64,000 nucleotides of DNA from Azolla caroliniana (taxonomy: Eukaryota; Plantae; Polypodiophyta): assembly GCA_043228905.1 (NCBI GenBank), contig JBHGNT010000009.1:8184001-8248000 (forward strand), given 5' to 3'. Made by a program: the position numbers and the translations under genes. The notes beneath the pieces were generated by a model that was given only the letters and a program-made list of their open reading frames with translations, had not been told where the DNA came from and searched no databases. Of the stretch, positions 51,098 through 64,000 are shown one piece after another; the first letter of the stretch is position 1, and every line of letters starts with the position of its first letter.

Positions 51098-51520
51098 TGC
51101 AAACTCCGTAGCTTCTTGCTGTACAGGTTTCGGGAGGCTCGCGCTGCTCTGAGGAATGCCCGAGTGCTTTCGGCAGTACCTCCAACCTACGCCTTTCTTT
51201 CTGTGCGTTTACGAACAGGCATCGGCACCTGTTCGCCGGCCTGTTCGGTTGTAACCGACTTCGTGCTTCTTGTTGTTTGTCTTGTTAATATATATGCATA
51301 CATTCGTGTCTCTTTGTGTCGGTGTCCCACTCGCGTCTTTGTGTCGGAGGGCCGTGTCCCTGTGAATCTACGCTCGCACGTAGCGGTTCCCCTCCCTTCT
51401 CCTTTCTCTCTTGCTCTTCGATACAAGACCCCCGAGGTCCCGCCTCATTCCACGCATCCGCGAGGAATACCTCGACATCTTGGTGAACCCGACGTGAAGG
51501 AGGCGGCAGAAGAGCAGAAG

Positions 51521-53643
51521 ATGAAGGGGTCAGATCTTGCGGAGGCCATGGCTTCGGCCGTGGATCGGATATTGAGCGCACGCGAGGGCACCGGTGCCCT
51601 CAATAGAGCCATTGAGGTGGTCGTCGGTACGATCGGCCAGTTCAGCGGAAAGGATGCCACGAAGTATTTGGCGTCCTACGGGGCAGAAATGCTAATGCGG
51701 GACATTCCGGAAGAGAGGCGTCTTGCCAGGTTTCCTCGAGTGGCGATGCCGAGCATCCATGCGGAGGTGCTCGAGGTACGGGCGGAGAGCCGTACCTGGG
51801 AGGAGTTCGAAGGCCGACTCCTAGAAAAATACGGGCTGGACGACGCGCTCTGGCTTTCGAAACGGGACTTCATGGAATGGGTGGAGTCCCCCGGCAAGGG
51901 AAGAAACGTGTCGGCACTCCTCCGGGAGTTCGAAGAACGCTTTGCGCGCCTTTTGGCGCTTGACCGAACCATTCTGGATACGAGCCGAGTCCTACTGTTC
52001 GTCAAGTCGGTGGACGAGCGGGACCGGGATCAAGTCGGCTCCTTGCTGGAAACCGAAGACGGGCTGACGACCGACTGGGTTGCGGTTAAGAGAGTCTATG
52101 GCCGTTTCGACAAACGGCGAGAATGGGCTGACAACGGGGTGGCTGGTGCGGGCTCTGTCACAGCAAGGAGGCTTGAACCGGCACCGTAAGGGCGAAGGGA
52201 AGAAACCCGGGAATGGCTCGAAACCGGTCCGGCTTCGACCGGCACGGTCAGTGGCTCGTCCGGAGGAGTAGCGCTGGAGGAGTTGACGCGGGCGATAAAG
52301 GATCTCCAGATCGCCCAGACTCGAAGGGAAGGTGGCGAACCGGCTCGTGACCGACGACCAGCAGTAGGGAACAGGTGCATGTGGTGCGACGAGGTCGGCC
52401 ACATTCGGAAGGACAGCGGCGATTTCGCAGAGGCGTTGAGGAATCGGGTGGTGTACCTGTGGGAAGGTCGGGTGCATGCCGGCGATACCAGAAGGGCCCT
52501 AAACTGAAACGACGGGCGAGGAGGTATGAAGAGACTGATGGAAGAGGCAGCGGCCCGACACATGAAGGCCGTCCACTACTTGGCGTCGGCCGGCATTTGG
52601 GTCGGGGGCAGCGAGGCCCGAAAGGAGAGCAAAGACGGATTCTGGTCGGCAATGCTGGAAGGCCTCGCCGGCGCACGGTTGAGGAAAGATGAAGCGGACC
52701 GCGCTGAGAGACGGGTCTGGGAAGTAACCGGGTGGAGCGACCCAGTCGAGGAGAAGACGGGCTTCGTAGAAGCCGCCTGCCGGAACTACGAGGCTCTGGT
52801 AGAAGACAAACGAGTGGGGAAGTCGGAGCGGCCGGGCCCTCACAACGATACGAGACCCGATTCGGGCAACGACGGAACGAAGCCGGTGGGTCCAGCGCGC
52901 AAGATAACCCCAGGAAGGGCGGATACCGACTGGGGACGGAAATAGAAAGGACCACGGACCTACGAAAGGTCCTAGAAGAACGAATCCTCGACAACAAAGT
53001 GGAGCTATCATTACGGGAGGTGCTAGGGATCGCCAAGGAGTTCCACGACTCCATTGTGGACCTGGTGAAACGGAGGAGGCTGTCGACGGAGACGGAACCG
53101 GAAAGACCGGTGGAGGTGCGGACGACGCACATCGACGACATGGCGCTGGAAGATGAGTGGGCGGAGAGCCACTATTCAAGGCCGCACTGGGCCCGAGCGA
53201 CCACGGAGACCCCGGTAAAGATCGGAGATGTTCAGGAACCGGTGGTGGCACTGGTGGACCACGGTTCGGAAATAAACCTAATGTCCATGGACTTCTATAA
53301 GAAGGGAAAGTGGCCGATCAACACCAAGCACGGGTGGAAGATACGGGCGGCGACGCGCGCCACTGAGGAACTGCATGGGGCCTGCCCGAACGTGCGAGTC
53401 AAGATCGGCGACGTCGAGATCGACCAACACTTCTTCGTACAGGAGACGTCCTCGCATCCGGTCATTTTAGGGGAACCATACATCACGGCGGCGAGAATGG
53501 AGACCAAAGTGTTGGACAACGGTTCGGCCTACGCGAGGGTCAAAAGCCAGGACGGGCGCCATTCGGTCCAATTTCTGACGGTGCGGCCGAACCACGAGCG
53601 AAACCGCGAGTCCCTTGGTGTCGAGAACCGGGAGGATTTTTAG
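51521..53643 (+). pseudogene. E3 Gag-protease, disrupted
   Basis: Homologous to E2 Gag-PR (FSGKDATKYL, CMWCDEVGH, LVDHGSEINLM); stops near 52187 and 52505, frameshift ~52830. Confidence 0.9.
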
Positions 53644-53699
53644 AGAGGGCTGCCAAGGCGTGGGGCCGAGACAGTCCGGACACTCGGGAAAGACTCCAC
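53634..53699 (+). promoter_or_regulatory. Candidate -1 programmed frameshift signal (GGAUUUU plus pseudoknot)
   Basis: G GAT TTT TAG; 6-nt spacer; stem GGGCUG/CAGUCC; loop GUGGGG can pair with CUCCAC at 53694-53699; same register as E2. Confidence 0.7.
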
Positions 53700-56600
53700 A
53701 GCTGTACGATAGAACCGAAACCGAAGAAACCCTGTACGATAAGGGTGTATGTTAGTCAGCATCGTTGGCCAAGAAAAGGCAAGGGCGGAAGTGCGACTTC
53801 GAGCGTGTGGAGTTCTCGACTCGAACGAGGAAATCAGCGGAGCCGTGGAGGCGGTCTCCTTCGACGACACCTTGGGAATGCTGAGGAAGGTAGCCGGAGC
53901 AGACCTTAACGAAGACCGGACGATACCGGTATGTTCCGAAGAGATGTATGAAGTCATCGCGGACTTCAGTCAGCGGCTCGGGTCGGACCGGACGGCCCGA
54001 GTTAGCACGAAGTACAAGACTGTGGACCGGAAGGTAAGGCCCGTCGCGGCACCCTTACCGGAGGGCAGCGAGTCCCGAATCAGAGGGGTTGCGTGGGACC
54101 CCAGTTTGCGAGATCCAGTCTGCATAGGACACACCTTCACCGACGGGATGCTCCGGGAGCTCAATATCGGTGGGGGCAGGTTCCTACTGCCGGCGGAGGA
54201 AGACCGGTTTCGGAGAATGCTCGGAAGGCACGGGAAAGCCTTCGCATTCTCACCGGAAGAGATCGGGTGCGTAGACCCAACAATCGTGGAGCCGATGGTG
54301 ATATTCACGGTACCGCATGTACCGTGGAATCTCAAGCTGATTCCGGTACCAAGAGCTCATATCCCGAAGTTGATGGAGCTATTGAGGCAGAAAGTCGATA
54401 TGGGCATTCTCGAACCAATGGTTTACCGTACCGAAGAAAAACGGAACATTGCGCTTCATTCAAGACCTGCAGCCAGTCAACAGAGTGACCATTCAGAACG
54501 CAGGAATCGGACCGACGATAGACGAGTTCGCGGAGGCCTTCGCCGGAAGGTCGATTTACTCGGTCGGTGATTTGTACTCAGGGTACGACCAGTTCCAGCT
54601 AGCCGTGGAGAGCAGAGACATTACGATGATGCGAACTCCCCTCGGCCTAGTGCAAATGTGTACCCTGCCACAAGGAGGGACTAACTCGGTGGCCCACATG
54701 GTGAATGCAATGAACAAGGTACTGAGGGATTTCATCCCGGACGTCACCATGCCGTTTCTAGACGACATCCCGATCAAGGGGTGCCCGGTGGAAGAGAAGG
54801 ACGAGACACTCGGGCCGGACGGATGCCGGCGATTCGTGGCAGCACACATCGACGACTGCGAGAAGGTGCTACAAAGGCTAGAGGATGTGAGGCTCACCTT
54901 CTCCGGGGAGAAATCGGCCTTCGGGCAATCATAAATCCTGGTGATCGGACACCTACGTGGACCATATGGCCAGAAGCCGTCTCCGGCAAAGGTAGAAGCC
55001 ATCTCCGCGATGAAGACCGACTGTAGCTCAGTTACGGAAGTTCGGAGGTTCCTGGGGGCGTGCGCGTTCTACTACATATGGATCCCGCATTACGCCCACG
55101 TTGCGGAGCCGCTATACGGGTTGCTGAAGAAGGGACGAAAATTCGAGTGGCGAGACGAGCACACGGAGTCGGTCCGGAAGCTAAAGGAAGCTCTTACGGC
55201 AGCACCGGCGCTCCGGAAGGCTGTCTATGAGAAGGGTACCCCGGTATACATAACGGTGGATACGAGCCCGACCGGGATCGGATGGGTCGTCAACCAAGAA
55301 GACAAGGACGGCATTTGGTTCCCGATCCGATTCGGCGCGAAGGTCCTCAGTGAGCGACAGCGAGGGTACGCCCAGGTTAAACGCGAACTCTGGGGTATCG
55401 TTTCGGCAGTAAAGGCCGACAAAGATTACCTGATCGGGACAGAAGCGGTTATCGAGACGGATTGCCTGCCAATTCTCGGCATGGTTTCCGGATGCGCGAC
55501 ACTGGACCTGGCAATGCTCAGGTGGATAGCGTACATCAAGTCCCTGGACCCGGAAATACGACACATTTCCGGAAAGGACAACGCCATGGCCGACATGCTT
55601 TCGAGGGCGAGGTTTGATGACGAGGGCGGCATGGTTTCGGAGGATGAAGAAGTCGGCGTTGACTTCTTCGAGGCAGCGTACGTGACGACCGATGGGACGA
55701 GCACTCCGGCGCTTAACGGCTTCGACGAGAGCAAGTACGACGGCGAGTGGCTACAGATCGGTGGGTTCTTAAGGACCATGACGCCGGATGCGTCATGGAC
55801 GAGGGACGAGACCAGCCGGATCCGGAAGAAAGCATACCGATTCTTTCTCCTGGACGGATACTTATGGAAGCACCCGAAGAAAAGGAACGGCGTCCGGCTC
55901 CGGGTGGTGGCGATGAAGGAAGAACAGGAGGAGCTGCTGACGGCCTACCACGACAGCCCTTGGGCTGGACACCGTGGAACGTGGGCCACGTTCGAGAAGA
56001 TAAAGGGGAAGTACTGGTGGCCGGGACTATACCGGGACGTGCATCGGTTTGTGACAACTTGCGAGAGCTGCCAGATGCACTCCGTAGTCCGACATCGGGA
56101 CGAGCTTCACCCTACGTACCCTCCGACCATCCACTTTAAATGGATGGTAGATCTGGTGACGATGTCGATGGGAGTAGGACAGATGCGGTATCTGGTCCTG
56201 GCTCGGGAAGATCTGACGAACCAGGTGGAGGGTCGAGCCCTTCAGAACAAAACTACCGCGGCCGTATGTCGGTTCCTGATCGAGGACGTGATATGACGGT
56301 ACGGGTGCGTCGGGAAGATCGTGGCTGATCGCGGGGACTTGGACGCCGAAGAGGCCGAGGAGCTGTTCGACCGGTTAGGAGTCAAGCTCTCGCTTACCAC
56401 TGCGTACAATCCGGAGGCGAATGGGAAGGTGGAGCGCGGGCACGGACCGATCGTCAAGGCGTTAGTTCGGGCATGCGGAGGACAAGTCGGGAACTGGCCG
56501 CGGCTGCTGCCTTACGCGTTGTGGGCTGACCGAACTATGCACAGTTCAGTAACCGGGTTCATGCCGGCAGAGCTCATGTTTGGGCAGAAGCCGGTCATGC

Positions 56601-57049
56601 CGATGGAACGTATGATCTCCTCATGGGCAACCGTGGACTGGAGAGACGAGATGAGCCGGGAGGAACTGTTGACGGCGCGCATACGACAGCTCGAGCGAAG
56701 GCCGGAGGACGTGGAGCAGGCTGCGGGAAGGCTTCGGGTGGCAAGGACGAGGAACAAAGCCCGATTCGACCGAACGCACCGGCTCCGACCGAAGAAGATC
56801 GAGGAAGGCGATTGGGTGCTAGTCTACGACAACAGCCTCGACAACCAGCACCGAGCGACACGAAAGTTCGCAAGAAGGTGGTTCGGGCCTTACGTGGTAC
56901 AAAGCACCAACGACAACGGGACGTACCATCTGGCGGAACTCGACGGTACAAGAATGGCGATACCGGTAGCTGGGAAGCGGATCAAAGCGTTCAAGAAGCG
57001 TCATGACGACCAGCCGGATCCGGTTAACCTGGATCGCGACGACGAATGA
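53640..57049 (+). pseudogene. E3 pol (RT-RNase H-integrase), disrupted
   Basis: ORFs 53749-54570, 54449-54934, 54941-56296 and 56321-57049 are collinear with E2 pol. Confidence 0.93.
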
Positions 57050-57407
57050 TCCGAAACCGAGGAAGAACCGACGGGCGGGGAATGAAGGCTGGACCGGTTT
57101 TCTCCGTCCCAACTCAATTTGGCGCATGCCGGAGGATGCGCGGTTAGGTAGGGGCGGATGTCGTGAAGAAAACCGTCCACAATCGGAATCGGTGCACCGG
57201 GGCGTAGGAACCGGCTCTTCATGCCCGTACGCCTTATATTGTACATAAGGGAGAATTAGGAACATAGGAGATCCTAGGTAGGTAGATTTAGTGGGTAGGA
57301 AGTAAAGGGGAAACGGCTCCTTCCTTGCCTATAAAAGGAGGGAGACGAGAAGGGGGATTGGGAGCGGAGAGTCGAGGACGAAGTGCTGTCGGTTGGTGGG
57401 CTGAAGG

Positions 57408-57466
<59 letters not shown>

Positions 57467-58551
57467 CGCTCGCTCGCAAACTCCGTAGCTTCTTGCTGTA
57501 CAGGTTTCGGGAGGCTCGCGCTGCTCTGAGGAATGCCCGAGTGCTTCCGGCAGCACCTCCAACCTACTCCTTTCTTTCTGTGCGTTTACGAACAGGCATC
57601 GGCACCTGTTCGCCGGCCTGTTCGATTGTAACCGACTTCGTGCTTCTTGTTGTTTGTCTTGTTAATATATATGCATACATTCGTGTCTCTCTGTGTCGGT
57701 GTCCCACTCGCGTCTTTGTGTCGAAGGGCCGTGTCTCTGTGAATCTACGCTCGCACGTAGCGGTTCCCCTCCCTTCTCCTTTCTCTCTTGCTCTTCGGTA
57801 CAAGACCCCCGAGGTCCCACCTCATTCCACGCATCCACGAGGAATACCTCGACAGCGTATCCGGATGTGGATCTACGATCACTAGCATTTCCGGCCCAAT
57901 CGGCATCCGTGTAACCAACCAACTGTTCGGCTACGCTTGCCTGATACAACAACGCCATGTCTTTCATTTTGCTGACATATCGCAATATCCTTTGTGTGCA
58001 CTAAAAGTGTTCGACCGTAGGCTGCGACATAAATTGACTGATTAAGCCGACCGAGTAGCTAAGATCCGGCTGAGTATTCGTCAAATAGATGAGGGTTCCG
58101 ATGATTTGTCAAAACTGTGTTGGGTTGCACGCCTTTCTCGAATCTCGATGAAGCTTTACATTTCTGTCCACAGGGGTCGAGATGGGCTTACAAGTTGCCA
58201 TCCCGAACTTGAAGAGCATATTCAGTGCGTAATGACGCTAGCTGATCAATATGCCTTCAGGGGTACGGATCACTTCGATCCCGAGGAAGTAATGAAGGTC
58301 TCCAAGATCCTTCATGTCGAATGATGCCGCAAGCTGAGACTTTATGTTGTGGATTTCGTCTAGGTTGGCACTGGCGATGACTAAATCATCAACATAAAGT
58401 AGAAGACTTACCGGTCCTTATGGACCTTGCCGAACAAATAGTGAAGAGTCTGATTTCGACGTCGTAAACCCCATCCTACGCAACTGTTGCGTAATCTTCG
58501 CGTTCCAGGCTCGCAAGGCTTGCTTAAGTCCGTAGAGTGACTTCTTCAGTC

Positions 58552-58934
58552 GGTAAAAGAATGCATTGTGCGAAAGCATGTGCGTAAAATGCAGAGTAAA
58601 AAGTTCAGAAAACATAGAGATGGAGAGGGAGAGGGAGAGACAGAGAGAGAGACACTATAGATCAAATTCAAAATAATTCTCTGTTCTGTACATACTTTGT
58701 GCTCAGTGAGCACCTTATATACAAGCCTTGACAATTGGGCTGACACAAGTACTGACAATACTTGATCGCTCATAAATGAGCCGCGACACTCACTCCCAAA
58801 ATTATTCCTTACGAGGAATATCTTTCCAACGGCCTTTCGGTTTACGCACCGATACGGCTAGGTTGTGCATACTAACTTACGCGTCCAGATTACGCACTGG
58901 GTTACGCACCCAATGTTGAGCTTGTCACTCAACA
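58552..58934 (-). repeat. Copia LTR related to 49420-49838, lying at an RT/gag deletion junction
   Basis: Shared GTGCTCAGTGAGCAC...ATTCCTTACGAGGAAT...CTCAACA; left terminus lost, no TSD. Confidence 0.85.
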
Positions 58935-60259
58935 CTTTCTCTATGGCCCCTTTTACCACAGTTCCAGCATTCCGTGTCGGCCTTTGCTTGCTGGCCTCTG
59001 GCGCCGCCTTGACTCCCCCTGCTTATGAGGGTCTGGAACTGTTGTCGGCACATTTTCTGTGCCTTCGGTCCTACTCTTGCCGGTTGCTACCATTGCGAGC
59101 CGACCCGCCTCATCCACCACGCCCACGGGGCCGATCCGCCTCAGTGTACAACATCCGGTTGTCGGTGGGTGCACTTGTTGACGCACCGGCGTGGTTCTCC
59201 TCTACAAGGAGCATTAACTGTAAGTCGAAAAATGACGGCGTATTCTCCCTTGTGCATACCGCCGTTCGAAACGCTCTGAACTTAGACGCTAGGCCCCCAA
59301 GACAGATCTGCACCATCTCATCTTCCTCTACAGTGACGTTGACAAAGGCAAGTGAGTCACAGATCTCTTTGATTCAGGCCGTGTAATCGACTACCGACAT
59401 GTCCTTCTGTCAGACATTGCTCAACTCCTGTCGGAGTTGCAGCTTCTGGGCCGTAGTGCTTGCCGTGAAAACCTTCTTCAGGTTTCCCCAAGCTTCTTTT
59501 GGCATCTTGGCATCTCAGACATGGCTTAGCAGCTGGTCTTCGAGATTGGACGAAAAGCAGTACATCACTATGCTTGCTGCTTGTTCCCACACTAGGAAGT
59601 CCTTGTGTGCCGCATTAGGTGTTGTGTCGTTAGCTCCGTCGACATAGCTCCCGTAACCATGCCCAAGCAGGCACTAGTGCATCTTGTATGACCAAGATGC
59701 GTAGTTGGATCTGTCGAGCTTCTCCACCGGGGGCGAGCTAGCCATTCCTCTATCCATCACTTCTCTTTTTGTTCTTACCGGGTCTTAGGGTTTGTCTTCA
59801 GATGCTGATGTCGGCTGCAGAGGTTCTCAACCCTCGTGCTCTGATACCATGTAGAAACGAAGTTGCGGAAGCATTAGACGAATAACAACAGAGAGGGAGA
59901 AATATAAACACACAGAGTGTACGCGGGAGAGATAGAGAATGAGCAGAACAACTTAAATCTATTATGCAGAACAACTTAAATCTATTATCAACAACTCTGT
60001 AAAAATCTCTGTGCATACAACGTGCTCCATAGCACTATTTATACAAGTCCCAAGAGGACTGATAGAAGTACAGTGTACCTCAATGCTCACACGCTACTAC
60101 GAGACATTAACTACCTAGTAGTCTAGGCTGCTACTACGCTTCTGGTTACTTCTTGATCCGGCTAACCGGCTCCCCAGTTCACCGGCTCATCCTTTCGGAT
60201 GCCGATTCGGCTCAAGCTTATTCAGCCGATCCGGATCCGGTTGAGCTTGCTGCTCAACA
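58935..60259 (-). mobile_element. Copia 5' portion: 5' LTR 59850-60259, iMet PBS, gag remnant
   Basis: GCTCTGATACCA abuts the LTR at 59849; gag KLDRSNYASWSYKM...ENTPSFFDLQ...CWNCGKRGH. Confidence 0.85.
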
Positions 60260-60600
60260 ATCTCCATCATTGGGTACAAGTTGTTGTACTTGTGCCCGCG
60301 TCCAATTCTTAGATTTCCTCGGCTAATCATCCATGCCAACTCATTTAGAGTTGTTCGGTACCCATCTTCGGCGAACATGTCGATGGAGACCATCAAGTAC
60401 ATGCCGAACTTGGGGCAGAGTGATCATGTTGCCATTTGGTAGTCAGATGGGGACCCCTCTGATCCTTGTGATTACACACTCCTACCCATTTCCGAGTCGA
60501 ATTGTGCCGTTGACGTCAGCCAAATAGTTCGAAAACCATTCGATGTTTGGGGTTACGTAAAACGTGGGGCCGGTGTCCAGTAATCATGCCTGCACATCTT
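60260..60600 (-). pseudogene. Copia protease-region fragment
   Basis: LLDTGPTFYVTPNIEWFSNY...IRLGNG...SRGNLRIGRGHKYNNLY. Confidence 0.65.
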
Positions 60601-60913
60601 GCGCATTGTAGAAGACTTCTCTGATCATTGAGGCTTGGGTGAAAGCATGCGAGTGGAAACAATTAGCTATGTCGTTGACATAGATAATTAGCTCTGCAAA
60701 AGTCTACCAGTGATAAATAGTCATTTTTGCCCCATGAATGAAAACATTAGAATGTTTTAATTATATAAATGAGCACCATAAATGTGCAACATATACGTGC
60801 AGCACAAATGGATATGTGCACGATAAATTATATACCAAATTCCTAGGTCCATTATGCATGATCCATTGCCATATCACGTTGGCTTAGATTATTGCCATTG
60901 TTCCTAAACCCTA

Positions 60914-61410
60914 TTGAGTCCACTTCTCCATTACCGTCATTCTACACTTAGTTGCCACGATTGTGTGGTCCAAGCATCATCTGCCATTGTTCGATCTTAT
61001 GGAGTTCACTCCATTGCCACCATTCTACACTCAGTTGTCGACACTATTCCGTCTTGGATTGCAATAAATGTTCGATTTGACGGAGTTCAGTCCTCCATTG
61101 CTACCAATCTATACTCAGTTCCCGCCATCATTCGGTTCAAGCATCAACTGCCACTATTCGCTCCTATTGAGTTCACTCCACCATTGCCCCCATTCTACAC
61201 TTAGTTGTTGCTACTATTCAGTCGTGGATTGCTACCATTGTTCGATCCGACGGAGTTCACTCCTCCATTGCTGCCATTCTACACTCAGTCGCCACCATTG
61301 TGCACTCCAAGCATCATCTGCCACTGTTCGATCTGACGGAGTTCACTCCTCCATTGCCACCATTCTACACTCAGTTGTCGCCATTGTTCGGTCTTGGATT
61401 GCAATAATTG
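60914..61410. repeat. Degenerate ~85-bp tandem array (6 units, alternating A/B variants)
   Basis: GAGTTCACT(CCT)CCATTGC..CCATTCTACACT.AGT recurs at about 60916, 61001, 61082, 61169, 61252 and 61338. Confidence 0.85.
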
Positions 61411-61999
61411 TTCCATCTGTTGATTATCTTGTGTATTGTTGTGTATAATCTTGTGTATTGTGGAATAATTTTGACAACAGTTGTTGCCCACGTTCCCGAC
61501 GGTGGTTGAGTAGCTTTCACTCCATTGCAACAAACATAAACTTACCAATGGTGGGATCGCTCCAGTGAATAACTGGTTTGCATGTGGTTTAGTCACTAGC
61601 TACATGTCTTTTTTTTTGTGGAATTATACTAATGAGTATATCAAGCCAAATGGAAGGGGAAGGAGGGTGTTTACTAATATCCCTCATGGATCATCGGGAT
61701 AGGGATGACGCTATCATGACACAACAAGCGATACAAAAGTATTGGGTAGGAAAAAAAAGAAACATCATCAATTGTTGAAGGATGCGAAAGCCATATTCAC
61801 TAAAGGTAAGGATAGTATTGGTTGCGATATAGGTTTGAATACCACTCAGAATGGAAGTAATGAGACTACTATCTGTGAAGTCAATTTTTGCTCATAAGAA
61901 AAGACCATGGCAAATACATCGGATGCTAAGGTGTATAAGAATTTAAAAGCACAATATGAAAGGTTCAAGAGTTAAAAGACAAATGAAATTGAAGGGATA

Positions 62000-64000
62000 T
62001 GAAGTTAGAGGCGTTTTCCAAAAGGTGAAAAAGTAGGAAAAAACGCATACAAAGGCAAAGAAAGCAAGGTAGAGAAAAAGCCTCATAACTTCTTCATCTC
62101 ATGTCCAAATTTCAAAAGAAAAGATTCCTAAGAAATCTAACAAAGAGAGATTTCTTGTATTATAAATTTAGATGACAAACCAGAAATAATGATATGAAAA
62201 ATGCATCACACAAACTCGAGGATATAAGAAAAAAGCAAGAATAACGCAACTAAAAACCTATAAATATGAGGGTATTCTTAACAATAGAAAGGGAGGATAG
62301 AATATCTTCAAGAAGAAGTGAGGAAGAATAAGAAGATTAGAAGAAGTGAGAAGAAGATTAGTTGAAGAAAGAGAGAAGAAGGAAAGACTATTTTGGCTAA
62401 TAGTACATTGAAGTAGTTATTTGGGGTTGTTAGTTTTGGAATCTAAGAGGATTGTATTGTTTTCCTAATAGTATATTGAAGTATTATTTTCTCTTCCTCT
62501 TCTCTTCTTTATCTTTTTTCTTTCTCTCATCCTCATTTTGGCACTCCAGGGAGGATTGATTCTTTCAGTACCAGAGGGAAGGCATGTTCTGTTTGTAGCT
62601 AATATGGCTTTTCAATTTGCCTTTGCAGGTGATGGGATTCAAGATGTGGGAGCATTCTTGGCCGCCTTCAAACATCATGAAAAATATCAATAGGGAAGAT
62701 GATGATTTTGAGAAACTTCCTCTATTGGTGGCTACTTTTTATGGACGAGCAAGGGATCCTTGCTACTAAACCAACAATTGGTAAAACAATTTAAAGCTAA
62801 GTATATTCGATGCCGAAATGTGGTTGAAGTGCGAGAGGAACTCTTTCTTTTACGAATGTCATCAACAATGGACAATATCGATTATGAGAGGGAATTTTTT
62901 GACCTCTGGACTACATTGATTCTACTACGTGGTGGAACGGAGGATGAATGGTTTAAGATGGACCGCTTCAAAGTAGGATTAAGTCCACACTTTGCATTGG
63001 AGGCAAATCTAAAGGATCCTACAACTTTCCAAGCGCTTATCCAACTTGTCAAGACTATAATAGACAAATCCAAGTTCTACAAGCGAGAGTGAATTCAACG
63101 GTTGCAACATTTAAATCTCCTATTCTTCAACAATCACCAATTGTGTATGGAGATAAAGTATTCCCTAATATTTTTACGACATATTAACCTAATATTCCGG
63201 TGATGCAAGAAGTTACTCAACCTAAGGTGGAAGGAGGTTTCTTGGTGCAAGTAAATCAACGTCTCGATGAAATCTCTCAACAAATCCAAACATGCAAGCA
63301 AATTTTAATGTAATTCAAACTCGCAATGTTCCAAGACAAAGGAAAGTGATTGTGTGCTACACATGTGGTGTTGAGGGACATATATCTACACAATGTCCTT
63401 CATCACGACAAGGTGATTGGGGTCAAGGCATGTATCAATTTCAAAGTAAACAAAACAACACTAGCAAAACTTTCACCAGCTCAACAACCATGTTGGAGAG
63501 GAAAGAACTGTAGTGCAAATTCCAACAAGTCCCCCTAAGGTAAATCTGCTTGATTTTGTGTGTGATATAGTTGAAGATTGTGATGTTGCATGCAATAAGA
63601 CAACTAGTGCATCACATAAAAATAAAGAGTTGGAAGGAGAGTCTAATAACTCTCAACAAAAGAAGAAGTCTAAGGAGACTAACTTGGAGGATGGATCTAG
63701 AAAGAAACATCCGCAAAGAAAGATTAAAACTGATGATATGCCGATGCGGAAAGGTGTGGAACCGTTCGATCTCAAGAAAAAGCTAATCTCTAGTGGAACT
63801 CGTATCATTTGGCCACAACTTCTTCAACTTTCTCCATTGCTAAAAAAGGAGTGGGGACGTGTATCGAGTATACAACAAAGTATAAAGACATTACATTGTG
63901 CGAAGATTGTGCATGTGGAAGATCGAAAGGATATTCAACCCACTATTCCGGTAACCATTAAAGGTCTTTTAATTAAGGATGCCTTAGTAGATAATGGTAT
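62000..64000 (+). mobile_element. Decayed Gypsy element related to E4 (LTR ends at 62535, start uncertain; gag from 62604; runs off the window)
   Basis: PBS-like TGGCACTCCAGGGAGG at 62539; FAFAGDGIQDVGAFL, EDEWFKMDRFKVGL, CYTCGVEGHISTQCP, WPQLLQLSP, ALVDNG match E4. Confidence 0.85.

Larger units (their letters stand above)
50816..57854 (+). mobile_element. E3: near-complete Ty3/Gypsy LTR retrotransposon (tRNA-Trp primed)
   Basis: LTRs 50816-51477 and 57159-57854; TSD GCGT (50812-50815 and 57855-57858); PBS TGGTGAACCCGACGTGAA 51481-51498; PPT ~57146-57158. Confidence 0.96.
49420..58551 (-). mobile_element. Copia 3' half (RT-RNase H plus 3' LTR 49420-49838), interrupted by E3
   Basis: RLKKSLYGLKQA, YVDD, GYTDADWAG...RRSTSGYA|FSLGSAAIAWSSKKQ...HARTKHIEVHYHF...ADIFTK; PPT next to 49838. 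Confidence 0.88.

Noticed and set aside
51116-51520. N-terminal extension of E3 Gag from within the LTR
   Set aside because: It starts at a non-ATG codon inside the LTR and crosses the PBS; the ATG at 51521 matches the E2 gag position.

Overview
Plant genomic DNA, most likely from a non-seed plant (inferred from a Tcn1-like chromovirus and from Gypsy/Copia types I associate with mosses and lycophytes). It contains one small gene island, about 19-28 kb, with two tandem two-exon family-1 UDP-glycosyltransferase genes. This island sits inside deeply nested LTR retrotransposons. The most notable signal is a set of three related Ty3/Gypsy elements: E1 164-4619, E2 8893-15967 and E3 50816-57854. 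All three have a tRNA-Trp primer-binding site (PBS) and a 4-bp, CpG-centred target-site duplication (TSD) of consensus RCGY. E2 and E3 end Gag-protease at G-GAT-TTT-TAR, followed by a conserved, co-varying predicted pseudoknot, which points to a -1 ribosomal frameshift placed after the protease. E1 and E2 carry an antisense tRNA-like Pol III A/B-box cassette in their LTRs. E1 is non-autonomous, and its gag-pol is replaced by a ~690-codon acidic Cys/His repeat ORF. The rest of the window is Copia elements (iMet PBS, 5-bp TSDs), a chromodomain Gypsy, two decayed Gypsy elements with a different PBS, solo LTRs and several tandem arrays. All coordinates were read by eye and all lineage names are unverified.
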